Assembly (NCBI RefSeq): GCF_006345805.1
Contig: NC_043019.1
Location: 9,175,360-9,239,359 of the forward strand
Direction: 5' to 3'
From: Octopus sinensis
Lineage: Eukaryota
DNA length: 64,000 nt
Shown here: positions 1 through 12,590 of the stretch, in pieces
Numbering within the stretch: position 1 is the first letter of the stretch
How the letters are laid out: each line of letters starts with the position of its first letter
Notes under the pieces: generated by a model
What the model saw: only the letters and a program-made list of their open reading frames with translations
Database searches by the model: none
Told to the model about the DNA's origin: nothing
Made by a program: the position numbers and the translations under genes

Positions 1-185
1 GTGTCTGTGTTTGTCCCCTACCCATCATCGCTTGACAACCGATGTTGGTGCAGTTACGTCACCGTAACCAAGCGGTTCGGTAAAAGAGATCGATAGAATA
101 AGTACTAAGCTTACAATGAATAAGTCCTGGGGTCGATTTGCGCGACTAAAGGCGGTGCTCCAGCATGGCCCCAATCAAATGACAC
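1..185 (+). mobile_element. SINE family A, 3' half (window begins inside the element)
   Basis: Matches 40790-40990 of the full-length copy (tttgtcccc...cttgacaaccgatg...gatagaataagtact...ggggtcgatttg..cgactaaaggcggtgctccagcatggcc). Confidence 0.85.
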
Positions 186-1465
186 ATAGAGACGAAGGGG
201 AAAGCAGAAAAGAGAGAAACATGTTATTGGAACACTGGGGCTCTGAGGGTTGACGCTGCATCAAGGCCATTAATATCTGTGGTGGGTGTGACGATGGTGA
301 GGGGAGGTCATGGTAGGAATGTTAGAGTAGTGTTCTCGTTGTTTTTGTTGTTGTTGTTAGTGGTGGTGGTGGTGGTGGTTGCGGTGGTTGCGGTGGTAGG
401 TGTAGTGATACAGTAATGGGCTTATAGTGGAATGTTTGCCTGGTGGTAGTGTTATTGATGGTAGCAGCGGAGATAATACAAAAACGGGATTGTGGCGGTG
501 GCGGTGGGGGTGGGGTCCTCGCCGTAGTCATCGTCGTTGTGGTGGAGTCGTCGTAGTGTTGGTGGTGGTGATAGGTGGTGTTTATGGTGATAGATGGTGG
601 GGGTTGCAAATAAAATGAAAGAGAAAAGAAACCTGAAAGAAAAACTAAATAAAAATAAATACCAGCAAAAAGTCATATAAACAATAATAAAAAGAAGGCG
701 AAACATAAAAATGCGAGAGTGTTCGGCGAAAAGATAGAAAGGCAGTGAAACAATGTTTCTCGACTTTCAAGTGGTGGAGTTAAACAAAGAGTTGTTTTAT
801 CTTTGTTTGTATTTACACATTAACTAATATCAGCCGATGTTGTTAAATATCTCCCCTCTCGGTTGCAGATTAAGGCTTTTTATCTCTCCACCGCAATTAA
901 TAGATTTGTACTCTCACCTTTCTCACGTACCAGCAGCATCACTCATCGCCCACAAACACACAATAGCGAACCGCCCCGCCGCCCACGACCTACACCGCTG
1001 CCAGCGTCAGCATCACCGACGAAACACTACAGTTTGTAAACTCTGCCAACAGACATTGCTTCTTCACATATTTAACGTCAGCGGCAAAGTGTTTTCAAGA
1101 ATCCACACCCATTAACCACTTCTTGCCCCCCCCACCACCACCACCACTGCTAGCAACCCCTAAAAGCATTCAGCATCATTGCACCACGACAATCCCATGC
1201 TAACACCTTCAAGATGTTCAGCACCACTCAACTACCACGAACACTGCCCCACCCGCCAAAACAGCACCACTATACTTGATATCGAAACCATACACTCATA
1301 ATTCGTCGCTAACATACAGCACGAACACACAGCTGATACCACGCACCTATTATCGCCTCTACAATACCACTACCATCGTTACTACAACAACACCACTGCA
1401 GCACTATGCATTATACCGCATTCTAGCCTACGGCAAGCTTCGTAACTTAGTGCTATTCACTAAGC

Positions 1466-1762
1466 CTACGTGGCTCAGTGGTTATGGCATTCGGTTCACA
1501 ATCGTAAAACCATGAGTTCGATTACCGACGGCGCGTTGTGTCCTTGGGCAAGATACTTTTACAGTTGATCCAGTCGACTCAGCTGGCAAAAATGAGTCGT
1601 ACATGTAATTCGAAGGGTCTACCTTGTCACATTGAATCTCCCTGAGAACTACTTTGTCTGTGGAGTACTCAGCCATTTGTACGTTACTTTCACGAGCAAG
1701 CTGTTTCGTTCATCGATTCAAGTGGAACCCTCGTCGTCGTAACCGACGGAGAACCAGTGATC
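1466..1762 (+). mobile_element. tRNA-headed SINE family C
   Basis: A-box-like TGGCTCAGTGG, B-box-like GAGTTCGATTACC, then ccttgggcaag. The body (tgaatctccctgagaactac...tctgtggagtactcagcca...gtcgtaaccgacggag) is shared with 20051-20565. Confidence 0.8.
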
Positions 1763-2010
1763 TACAACACCACTACATACAACACGTCACTGCAACATTA
1801 AGCACAACCTCACACCATATTAACACTACAACACCACTACAACATCAGAAGCCGCCGCCGCCACCACACAGCGCTGCAGGACTACCTTAAGACAAACACC
1901 ACTCACACTACCACAGTAACTTCAGGACTCGCTGCTCCCTCAAAGCTATATTCCACGGCTGCGCTGATCGCACTACCATCAAGCACCTACACCACCACCG
2001 ACCATCACAT

Positions 2011-2560
2011 ATGACCACCACCACGGACACAGTAACTCAAACCCCGCTCAATCACCTTTCCCACAGTCACTGTTCCATTATAATCACCAACACTACTACT
2101 GCTGCTGCTGCTACTACTGCTGTTACTACTACTGCAACTACTGCCGCTACTACTACTACTACAACTACTTGCACTGATTGCATAAACATAACAACCGGAT
2201 ATGTTGGTACTGCAGTCACATCTGTAACTATGACTACTGCGATCACAAGGACGACAGCCTCCACCACGACCATCACTACACTAACACCACAGCCACCACC
2301 ACAGCCACCACTGCAACAAACGCCATCACCACAATCACCATTACAACAACAACAAGCACAAACACCTATTCGACAACCACCACCATCACAACCACTACCT
2401 CCACCACCACAACCTCCCCTGTAACCACCATCACATCCACTTCTACAACCTCCACCACAATCACCACTGCTACAACCATCACCACCACCAGCATCACGAC
2501 CACCACTACCACCACTACCACCACAACACGACATCCACCCCAAAGCCACCCACCCCAATA
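2011..2560. repeat. Compound ACT/ACC/ACA trinucleotide low-complexity tract
   Basis: Degenerate triplet runs that give poly-T/P/Q/V ORFs in several frames. Confidence 0.85.
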
Positions 2561-2759
2561 AATACACCACATGACATTTAAATATGCTAAATGTTTATGT
2601 GCAACAGTGAACGGGTGCTGACAGATGTAACTTGGTTGTGTGAGTCGGGTGGATACACGGGGTAAACAGCAAAGAGGGGTGTTGCGGAATAAAGGGTGCG
2701 GTGATAGAGTTGACATTCGTAGAAAGAGGGGCTTTGAATACACTCTTTCCTAGACTAAC

Positions 2760-3073
2760 ATAAACACACACACACACACACCATACACAACACAGACATA
2801 GACAGAGTGAGAGAGAGAGAGAGAGGGAGAGAGACACAGACAGGCAGACATACAGACAGACAGACAGACAGACAGATAGAGACAGACAGACAGACAGATA
2901 GACAAACATATAGAGAGACAGATATGAAGACATACATATAGAAACTGACAGAGAGAGAGAGAGACTGACAGAGAGAGACACAGTCAGATAGAGAGAGATA
3001 CTGATAGAGAGAGACAGACAGGCAGATAGATACACAGACAGACAAATGTATATAGAGAGATAGACACAGATAT

Positions 3074-3105
<32 letters not shown>
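2760..3105. repeat. (AC)n/(AG)n/(AGAC)n compound microsatellite
   Basis: Direct reading of the sequence. Confidence 0.9.
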
Positions 3106-3108
<3 letters not shown>

Positions 3109-3689
3109 AGAGATTGGCAGATAGACACCATCCAATCTTGAACAGTCTGAAATTATGCAACCGCAGAGATACATACATACATACACACATGGAGTATGCG
3201 TGTATGTGTGTGTGCCTATGTATGAGTGAGTGTAGCGTATTTATATACACACTCACAGACGAACAGCTAGAAGCCAGCTTACCTCGAAATACGACCAACA
3301 TGGAAGAGAGTTAAGGAAAATCAGAAAAGTCCCAGCGACCAAACAATGTCAGAGATTTAGAGCTGGAACTCAGCCTGTTTCAGCCAATGAAATATCGGAA
3401 GCCAGCTGTTGCACGGGCCTACATTCAAACAGAACGAGGCTTTTTATTGGCTCCCAGTTAAATGAATCTAGATAAGAATCGGATGAAATGAAAGAAACTT
3501 GCTGCACTGTTCTGATCAATTAAATTTTTTGATATAATCATACAGTTTGGTTTGTAAATCTGTAAAATTATATCATTAAAAAGATTAAATTGATTAGAAC
3601 TACCAGTCAAGTCATTCTTTCCCCTTCTCAAATATACCTAATAACTGTACCAGCAATTTCACACATTTTCCAATATATATATATACACA

Positions 3690-3960
3690 TTATATTATAT
3701 TATATAAAATCCGTTCTGTCTGTCTTCGAGGATCTCGGGCATCCTCCATCCGATTGCACTCAAATTTGATATGTAGATACCGACGGTATCAGGGCGTGTA
3801 TAAGTCTGGAAAAAATTACAAAAATCGATTCTAGGTGAGAATGTGATCGATAAAACCGTGGGAACGTGCATTTGTACGCGCAAGTACATCAGCTATAACC
3901 ATCAATAAAATCGTTTTTGAGAGAATGTCTCCTGTTTTGAGAAAATTTGGTTTAAAATGT
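3690..3960 (+). mobile_element. Possible non-autonomous Helitron/DINE-like 5' segment
   Basis: Begins tatataaaatccgttctgtctgtc and includes ccgattgcactcaaatttgat, a layout reminiscent of DINE/HINE 5' ends. No 3' hairpin or CTRR end was found. Confidence 0.25.
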
Positions 3961-3990
3961 TTGACAACTCAGCATCGTCCATTGGACTTC

Positions 3991-4026
3991 CTTTCTGTTG
4001 AAGAGCGTCGGCTCGAAACGTAAAAG
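3991..4026 (+). ncRNA. Minimal type I hammerhead-like motif with mutated core, in a Penelope-tail-like repeat (about 3975-4110)
   Basis: cttt-CTGTTGA-a-gagc(gtcg)gctc-GAAA-CG-TA-aaag. Stem I is cttt/aaag, stem II is gagc/gctc, and core position A6 is changed to U. Confidence 0.45.
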
Positions 4027-4315
4027 ACTTTCTCACTTCCCGAGCTTTAAACTAATACATATTTTGTTTACATACCCGTCTTCGTATTTTTCTTTTTGTA
4101 AATTCTCACTGTATGTGTTTTTATATTGAAGATTACAAGTAAACTAATGCACAACATATATATATATATATATATGATGAAGTTTTTTACAGAAAAAAAA
4201 TTCCATCAAAAAATGTGGCATCATATTAAAATACCTTTAAGGTTAAAATTATAAGCAACTTATAAATAAGGGCTAACGAAAATTATTTAGCCCTTATTTA
4301 TAAGTTATATATATA

Positions 4316-4365
<50 letters not shown>

Positions 4366-4379
4366 CTTGTTACATCTTC

Positions 4380-4745
4380 GAGTCACTGGAGTGCAGCTGT
4401 GGTGTAGCACCACCCTGGTTTAGTCGAACAAATCATGCTCAGTATTTACGTTTCAAACCAGATACTTATTTGATTGCTCATTATTTGCGGAACCTCTAAA
4501 TTATGGTGACGCACACAAACGAACAGCGGTTACCACAATTCGGGTGTAAACACCTCGATACACACACACTCGCCTACGCTCATATATAAACGACAGGCTT
4601 CTTTCAGTTTCTAACTATCATATCCACTACAAGTGTTTGATTGGCCCAAGGTTATAGTAAAGGACACTTGCCCAAGATGCCACACTGTGGGGCTGAATCT
4701 GGAAGCATGTGGTAAGTAAGCAACATCCTTTCCACGCTGTCGCGC
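4380..4745 (-). mobile_element. SINE family A, diverged near-full-length copy
   Basis: Reverse complement of the 40583-40997 copy (ggcttctttcagtttc...ggttatagtaaaggacacttgcccaagatgccac). Confidence 0.8.
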
Positions 4746-5041
4746 ATATAGATATATATCTGTGTGTCATACTTAAAGCAGATATATGATTGAAAGCCTG
4801 ATATTCTGGTGTATTCGTCTCGACCTTGAGCCGAATACCCTAACCTCTAGCCCTTCACATATCAACAGCTACTGATATAGTAAATCAGTGATTGGAAAAT
4901 TGATAACACTCTAAACGAAACAGTATGGCCGATTGTCCCGAATCACTTTTTTAATAAATAAGATCCACGTGCGTGTATGTATCTAAACATTTCCATGTGT
5001 ATTAATATGTATTTATATATATGCATATATATATATATATG

Positions 5042-5101
<60 letters not shown>

Positions 5102-5455
5102 TGTATGTATGTATGTATGTATGTATGTATGTATGTATGTATGTGTGTGTGTTTGTGCACAGGGGTATGCATATATGTGCGTGTGGATGTATGCACACGT
5201 CTGCGTACGTACACACGCACACACACACTGAAATATCTGCGTGTGTGTGTACATACACACGCTCGCACATTCATATATGTATACATATATTCAAAAACGC
5301 ATGCTAATATATGCATACGCACACGCGTATAGTTGCTCAAACGCACGAGTGTATATATGCGTACACAGGAAGATCGAGCTTAAGAGAGACACAGAGGAGA
5401 GAGAGAGAGAGAGAATGTAAAAGAGAGATAGAGAGCTGAGAGAGCAAAAAGCGAT

Positions 5456-5493
<38 letters not shown>

Positions 5494-6689
5494 GGTTGTG
5501 TTTGGGAAGAGAGTGAAGGGGACGAAGCGACGAATAAATAAGCAAGAAGAGAGCCACTTCACTTGAAGAGATTTCAGAGATTGTGTAAACGGCCAAACAC
5601 TTAGAAACACTATTTACATTCGTTGCTACAACCGAAACTTTCTCTACAACTGCTGAGCTTTAGATCGACTTTACCTCCACCACATCCTCCTCCTCCTCCT
5701 CCTCCTCTTCTTCTTCTTCTTCTTCTTCTTCTTCTTCTTCTCCTTCTTTCTTCTCCTTCTTCTTCCTTCTTCTTTTCTTCTTCTTCTTCTTTTCTTCTTC
5801 TTCTTCTTCTTATTATTATTATTATTCTCCCTCTATTTGTTTTCCTTTCTCTTTCTCCAACTTTCTTTTTCTTCTTTCTTTTTCTTCTTCCTTCTTATCC
5901 CTTTTCTCTTTCTCCATCTCCTTTCTTCTCTTCCTTCCCCCTCTCCCAGCCGCAACCTTCCCATTTCCCCGTACATCGTCCAACAGGATTCCATCATCCC
6001 ACACCAACCACCACCCCTTTTTTTCTTACTCAATAACCAACGAATCCTCCCCCCCATATTGCATCAACGCCAATAGACTTCCTCTTCTTCTTTCTTCATG
6101 TTGCTTTTCGTTTTGCCTTCTTGTTTTGTTGTTGTTGTTGTTTTTGTTGCTGATGCCAATCGTGGTGTTGCTGATGGTTTTAGCGCTGTTGCTGTTGATG
6201 GCGGAGGTATCGCTGCCACCTCTGCCGCCGCTGTTCCTGATTTTGTAATTATATCGCCCTTAGTTCAGCTTTGATCGAACTCCTGACTTCGGATCAAAGG
6301 TTGTTGGGTTTTTTTTTTAAACTCCATTCCTTATCAATACCGACAGCGTAAAACCCATAACTAAAGGCATTCCAGCCATGACCATCACTGATATCTCGAT
6401 CAACATTACAGAATCTATGGCGTGTGATTGAGAGAAGCTTGAACGCGTTGAGGGTGAACACCATCAGATCGTAGCGGTGGTTGTTGTGTTTAGGCATCGT
6501 GTATCTAGGACCACATCATCCAATGTCTCCTTGCATACACTTTAAGTGACAAGGTGTGATGGAGGAATATTTTGCCAACATTTGTCGAAGTTCAAACCTC
6601 GCCAGAGCAGCGGCCATCTTGTCTTTTATACAGACATAATGTTAAAAGACGGCGTGACGTGAGTGAGGGATATTTAGCTGCTATTTCGG

Positions 6690-7010
6690 ACATGGCTGTG
6701 TGGTGAAAAGGTCCTCTCTGTAACTGCAATGTTCGGGTTCAGTCCCATAGTACGGCGCCTAAGTGCTTTCTAATACAGCCCCATGCCAACGAATTCTTTC
6801 AGAGTAGATTTGGTAGATGGAAACTAGATGGAAGCCTGTTGTGTATTTATATATGCATGTATGTGTGCTTGCGTGAACGTTACTTTGTTTGACGACCGGT
6901 ATTGTTTTGTTTACGTTCCAGTAACGTAGTGATTCAACAAAATTAAAAGATCAATCCTGGCGCCTACTTGGGTGACTGAACCCCTTCAAGCGATGCCCTA
7001 GTATGGCCTG
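6690..7010 (+). mobile_element. SINE family A, diverged copy
   Basis: atggctgtgtggtg...gggttcagtccca...gatttggtagatggaaact...gtttacgttccagtaacgtag. Confidence 0.75.
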
Positions 7011-7232
7011 CTGCTGTTGTTGTTGTTGTTGAAGATATGCTTCTTTGTGAGATTGCCAGTGGATGAGGGAGAGGAATTGATGTCTTGAAATTAATGTGCT
7101 GAGGTTCAATCGCTTCGGTCATTTTGGAGGTCAATGGTCAACGGTGGGGAGTGAGGGGGAGGGAATAAGAATGGCAGGCAAATATCGGTTAGAGAAAGAT
7201 ATGTACGAGAGTGCATTTGAAGATCGTTGACG

Positions 7233-7930
7233 TCATCATCATCATCATCATTATTATCATCACCAGAGATATCAAAAACACTATTACCACCGTCATCATT
7301 ATCATCTTCGTCCCCAACATCATCATCATCGCCATCACCACCATTACCTCCGCTTCCATCAGCACTGCCACCATCACCACCACCACCACCACCATCCTCA
7401 CCACCATCACCACCACCACCACCACCACAACCATCCTCACCACCATCACCACCACCACCACCACAACCACCACCATCCTCACCACCACCATCCTCACCAC
7501 CACCACAACCACAACCACCATCACCACAACCACCACCACCACAACCACCACAACCACCACCACCACAACCACCACCACCACAACCACCACCATCCTCACC
7601 ACCACCACAACCACCACCATCCTCACCACCACACAACCACCACCACCACAACCACCACCATCCTCACCACCACCACAACCACCACCATCCTCACCACCAC
7701 CACAACCACCACCATCCTCACCACCACCACAACCACCACCATCCTCACCACCATCCTCACCACCACCACAACCACCACCACCACCACCACAACCACCACC
7801 ATCCTCACCACCACCACCACCACCACCACAACCATCACCACAACCACCACCATCCTCACCACCATCCTCACCACCACAACCATCACCATCCTCACCACCA
7901 CCACCACCACAACCACCACCACCACCGCTA
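7233..7930. repeat. (CAT)n/(CAC)n compound triplet array with a 27-bp higher-order unit
   Basis: CCACCACCATCCTCACCACCACCACAA occurs as three perfect copies at 7652-7732, with further partial copies. Confidence 0.9.
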
Positions 7931-8498
7931 CCTGCCAGGTTAACTAATAAATGCACATATCTCAATGCAGAGCCTTCTCGTTATTCATTTTTCTACTGTT
8001 GTTGTTGTTGTGGTTGGTGGTGGCGACGGTGGTATTGTTATTGTTCTTGTTGTTTTCAGGTCATTCCAAATTCTCCAAGACCCAACATCAAACGCTTTTT
8101 CCCCAGCTGTGAACTTCCCGTCACACAAATTCAGTCTCCGACCAAAAAACAAACCTGACCTTTTCCACATTTCTTCATCTTTTCTTTTCTTTTCTTTTTA
8201 TCTTCTTTCAAAACAGATATTTCTTCATTTAGTCTATTGTTGTTGCTTTATTTGTTCTTCTTCTTGATATTATTGTGGTTGTAGTGTTTTGCATTTGTTA
8301 TTCCTGTGGTTTGTTGTTACCGTTGTTGTTGTCGTTGTTACTGTTGTTGTATTTTTTTATAATCGTTGTTACTGATATTTTTACAGTTGTTTCTGCTGTT
8401 TTTATTATTGTAGAATCGCGTTGTCTTTATATACAAGACTGTAAATTGCATTACGAGGGAAATCTAGTTATTTTTCTAGCATGTCCTTCGACCACATA

Positions 8499-8549
<51 letters not shown>

Positions 8550-8619
8550 CCGCTATCTCTCTCTCTCTCTTGATTCTTTCAATTGTCTTCATAATACTTA
8601 AGCGTCGTCTCTTGGCTAA

Positions 8620-8955
8620 GACTATTCAACTGTCTGTTTCTACCTCGAAGTAAATTCGTTAACTCTTTTGTCGAGAAATACTCAAATATCTGTCTCTATT
8701 CTTTAGTCTCCAAGTATTCGTCCTTTCCCGAGTACTCAGTCTATGGTTCTTACCAGAAGTACCGATGCGTCTACTCTGTCCACAAGTACTCGAGCGTCTA
8801 CGTCTATCCAGGAGTACTCAAAAATCTATTCTCTAGCATTACATGAGCATCTGTCTTGGTCCAGGATTGTTTCACTGTCCATACCTATCTACATGAATCC
8901 AGACTCTGTCTAGGAGTACCCAGCCGTTTATATCGTTCCAGGAGAACACAGATCA
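8620..8955. repeat. Degenerate 27-28 bp minisatellite
   Basis: Units such as gtctactctgtccacaagtactcgagc, gtctacgtctatccaggagtactcaaaa and atccagactctgtctaggagtacccagcc. Confidence 0.65.
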
Positions 8956-9599
8956 AATTCTATATTGATTAAGTCATTAACGGGGCAAAGAATTTTTTCT
9001 CGATAATTGAAAAGAATATGATTAATTTCATTTTAATTTTCTTTTAACATCTTGCTCTCTCTACAGTTTACTCTGCCCGTCTGTATCTCTCTCTGTCTCT
9101 TCCCCCTCTCTCTCTCTCTCACTCTTTCTCTTTTTCTCTGCATATAAATATACATGTTCCTACTACACTTTCATATTCTCTCTCTGCATCTGTCTATTTC
9201 TTTCTCCCCTCCCTCAACCTGCTTCTGTCTCCTTCTTCACTCCATCCTCGCCAATCACTTCCACCCCTTTACGTGTCCCTTTAACAAAGAAAGACAGGTA
9301 ACTATCCTCCGCCTCCTGGCTAATGCGCCACCACCATCTTATTTAGTTCAACGTTGGCCAAAGTACAGAAGATTTTGCATTTCGTCTTTTAACGAAAACA
9401 CCAGTCACCTGTTCATGTATCGTGTGCAGCGAACGTTGTGGGCGGAGCTTACTGCCATGTAAATTTTATGAGAAGTGGGCGTGGTTAATAAACATGGTCT
9501 GGATTTCAGTATCACATCTTCATTGTCACCAAGCACAGAGAAGAGACTTGCTCCCGGAGAAGAAGGTGAAACTTGTAGTAAGAACCGAAGAACGCAGAT

Positions 9600-10040
9600 C
9601 TACTTTTCTTTGAACGACAGTAGAATCTAATTTAAGGGTGACATGGTCGCTGTGATGACCAGACAATCGTCCCATCGAATTTGGATGTAGAAGACTCATT
9701 GGAAACAGTGTGAGGCAATCGGGTGTTGTCGCTCTGGCCTGGCTTATCCTAAAGCAAACACCATTATGAGTGATATCCTGGCTAGAGTGGAGAAGGTCAA
9801 CCACTGGATTTAGCTAAAACAGACGATGAGCAATAATTAGAAGAATACTGAGTGAAGCCTAATAACCATTTAATCCCGGAAGCGGGGAGTCACCTCCATG
9901 ACGGGTGCCGGATACGCAATACTGCCTCGAAACGGATCGCAGTTCTGATGACCCCATGAGACTACCAGTGCCCGGTCGGCGGAGCTTTCAATTATTAGCA
10001 CTTGCATCTGCACACTGTTTGCAAATAATGTTGAGAGATG
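9600..10040 (+). mobile_element. Possible decayed 3' end of an RLE-type non-LTR element (HERO/NeSL-like)
   Basis: A stop-interrupted frame contains PIEFGCRRLIGNS, resembling the P(V/I)EVGCRGF motif at the C-terminus of RLE LINEs. A UTR-like tail follows. Confidence 0.3.
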
Positions 10041-10150
10041 GCGGTGATATTAATTTCCTATTGATCATTCCCTGATTCCAAATATGGTAAACCTGGTTTT
10101 ATTTCAAGATAAGGCATTTGAGAAAAAAACATTCTCAAATAATGTAAATA

Positions 10151-10235
<85 letters not shown>

Positions 10236-10370
10236 CTTTTTATGTTTCCTTCTTCCATCCTCCTTTCCTTTCGTTCTAAGACGGTAGATTGGTTGCTATG
10301 TTGAGTAAATCAAACCACTGGCTTTGATTTATGTATCTATACTATATATATGTGTGTGTGTGCATATATG

Positions 10371-10415
<45 letters not shown>

Positions 10416-10429
10416 CAACAACTCCATAA

Positions 10430-10650
10430 TCATCATCGTCTAACGATCACAGTTCCATGTCTATATGAACGAGTCCAAATACATTGAGGCAGATTTTCTA
10501 CCAGCGGACGCCCTTCCTGACATCAGCCCTCACCTGTTCGCATTTAAGATAGAATTTCATCAAGGCCTTCCTGCGTGAGCAACACAAAAGCTAAGCATGA
10601 CATCACAGCAGATTGCAGACAAAACGACGCTGCTTTCTATGACGGTGAGG
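10430..10650 (-). mobile_element. Decayed RTE-tail-like repeat
   Basis: atcatcatcgtcttaacg...ggcagattttctaccagcggacgcccttcctgacatcagccctcacctg resembles, from memory, reverse-complemented RTE 3' tails ending in (GAT)n. Confidence 0.35.
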
Positions 10651-11400
10651 CTTTTCTAATTAGAATGCAATTGGAAGACAAAGACAAACAACACACACAA
10701 ACACACACCTATGTGTGTGTATATATATAATTCTTTCTCTCCCTCTTCCACTCTCTCTATACACAGGCAAACACGCGTATACACACAAGCATATCTATGT
10801 GTGTGTGTGTGTACATATATATATATATATATATCACTTCATCTCTCTCTTCCTCTCTATATATACTCACACACACTCAAACATAGACAGACAGACACAC
10901 ACACACGCGCGCGCTCAGAGCTAGTCTCCGTCTACCAAATACATTGACATTTTTGGGGCTGTCTTGGAGTCACAGTGAAAAGCATTGCAGCGCACAGGAA
11001 CTGAATAAGAAACCTCGTGGGTGACAAACGAAATTCTTCACCACACTGTCATTCCAGCGCTCATATATATATATACATACATACATACATATATATGTGT
11101 ATACATATTGTAGATATATAAATAGTGAAAGAGAGGGCAGATATTCATTAACACGCGCACACGCACACAAGGTTGTATACGTGTAGATATGCGTGTAAAT
11201 GTACACACATATATATATATATATTTATATATACAAACACACGCGCAGACAAGCATGTATAGACTGGGTGAGAGGCGGAGTCGAAGGGAGACAAAAAGCT
11301 CGAGCGAGAGAGGGAGAGTGTAAGAGAGCGCAAGAGAGAGAGGGAGAGAGAGAAGGAGAGATAAAGAAGCAGAAAACTCGAAGCAAGCAAACGAACAACG

Positions 11401-11463
11401 ATCCAACGTTTCATAGAAGAAGCAACAATGGATTTCCGGTTTGTGTCTTCTGTCGTCAGTGAA
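11401..11463 (-). ncRNA. Hammerhead-like motif with long stem II (weak)
   Basis: Reverse complement reads CTGACGA-c-agaaga...tcttct-at-GAAACGTT. Stem I pairing is poor. Confidence 0.3.
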
Positions 11464-11676
11464 TTTCGAGATTTCTACAATCAATTTCCTCACATTCATA
11501 ATTAGACATTCATTAATTGATTCCAAAATCTTTAACTTGCTCAAGAAATTACACAAGAACAGTTCAATTCGCTTGCAGGCTTCATTTGTCTATTAAAATG
11601 TCTTTGAGACTGCAAAAGGAGACAACGGAGAACAGGAATGTTTAAAGTCGGTGTGTAGGATAAGATGGGGTGTATG

Positions 11677-11713
<37 letters not shown>

Positions 11714-12339
11714 GTGTGTCTGTTCGTGTGTATCTGCATCCGTGCATGTATGCATGCATATTTGTATGAATAGATGTGTATACGTATGTATGCATGTGTG
11801 TGTATCTGTGTGTACGTATCTGTGTATGTGTGAATGTATGATGCGTGTATATGTGTGTATGTAGGTACGTATGTTTGTATGCATGTTTGTAGATTGTATC
11901 TATTTATTTTGGTGCATTCTTAAGCATACATTTGTTTTTGTTATATTTGCGTATGTTTGTTTGCATGTATGCGTATACGTATGAACGTAAGATTTTCTTT
12001 CACCCCCCTCTCTCTCTCACTCACTCCTTTCTCTCTCACTCACTCACTCCTTTCTCTCTCTATATATATATACGTATGTAGACAGAGAGAGAGAGAGGAA
12101 GAGGAGGAGAGACAGACAGACAGTCAGAGGCAGAAAACGCAAGAGGAAAAGACGGACATTTCTATCTCGGCATCTGTATGGAAGGAAATAGAAGACGAGC
12201 GAACATGTTATGAGGAGTCAGTTTTAATTGCAAAATTGTAAAAGAGACCTTGCTTTAAATATTAAATGATATTTCGATTCTGTGAACAGTTTTCGTCTTC
12301 TTCATTCATCGCATGAAATTTACAAACCTATAAAACAAG

Positions 12340-12590
12340 GATTTGCGTGTGTGTGCGGTAGCACAGAAACGACCACTATACGTCCGAATTAAGGAGCGTC
12401 TCACTACCAACACTTCTTCCTTCTGCAAACATCTGACCAAATGTGGCAGCACTACCAAGAAATCGACGCCTCCATACTTGCCTTCGAGAGGAACACTGGC
12501 AATCTACAAATAAAAGAAGCTTTACTGATCCACCGCCTCAACCCGAAAATTAACAGTCGATCGGAGCTGAGCAGGTAGCTCCTATGAAAA
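12340..12590 (+). pseudogene. Penelope-like element GIY-YIG endonuclease C-terminal remnant, frameshifted
   Basis: Translates KRPLYVRIKERLTTNTSSFCKHLTKC, then in another frame QEIDASILAFERNTGNLQIKEALLIHRLNPKINSRSELSR*. This fits the R..EH and L.I.EAL.I..L.P.(L/I)N motifs of PLE GIY-YIG domains. Confidence 0.7.

Noticed and set aside
6250-6690. Possible RTE 3' end or cattccagccatgaccatc-type repeat (related bits near 39095 and 57265)
   Set aside because: Probably repetitive, but too decayed to assign a family or boundaries by eye.
7106-8158. Pro/Thr/Gly/His-rich ORFs resembling extensin or mucin
   Set aside because: They are open in several frames on both strands because of triplet repeats, with no non-repetitive domain or signal peptide.
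8620-8955. CRISPR-like periodicity of about 28 bp
   Set aside because: Units are contiguous and degenerate with no unique spacers, there are no cas genes, and the context is eukaryotic.
9925-9960. GAAAC...CTGATGA as a permuted (type II) hammerhead
   Set aside because: No pairing could be found for stems I, II or III.
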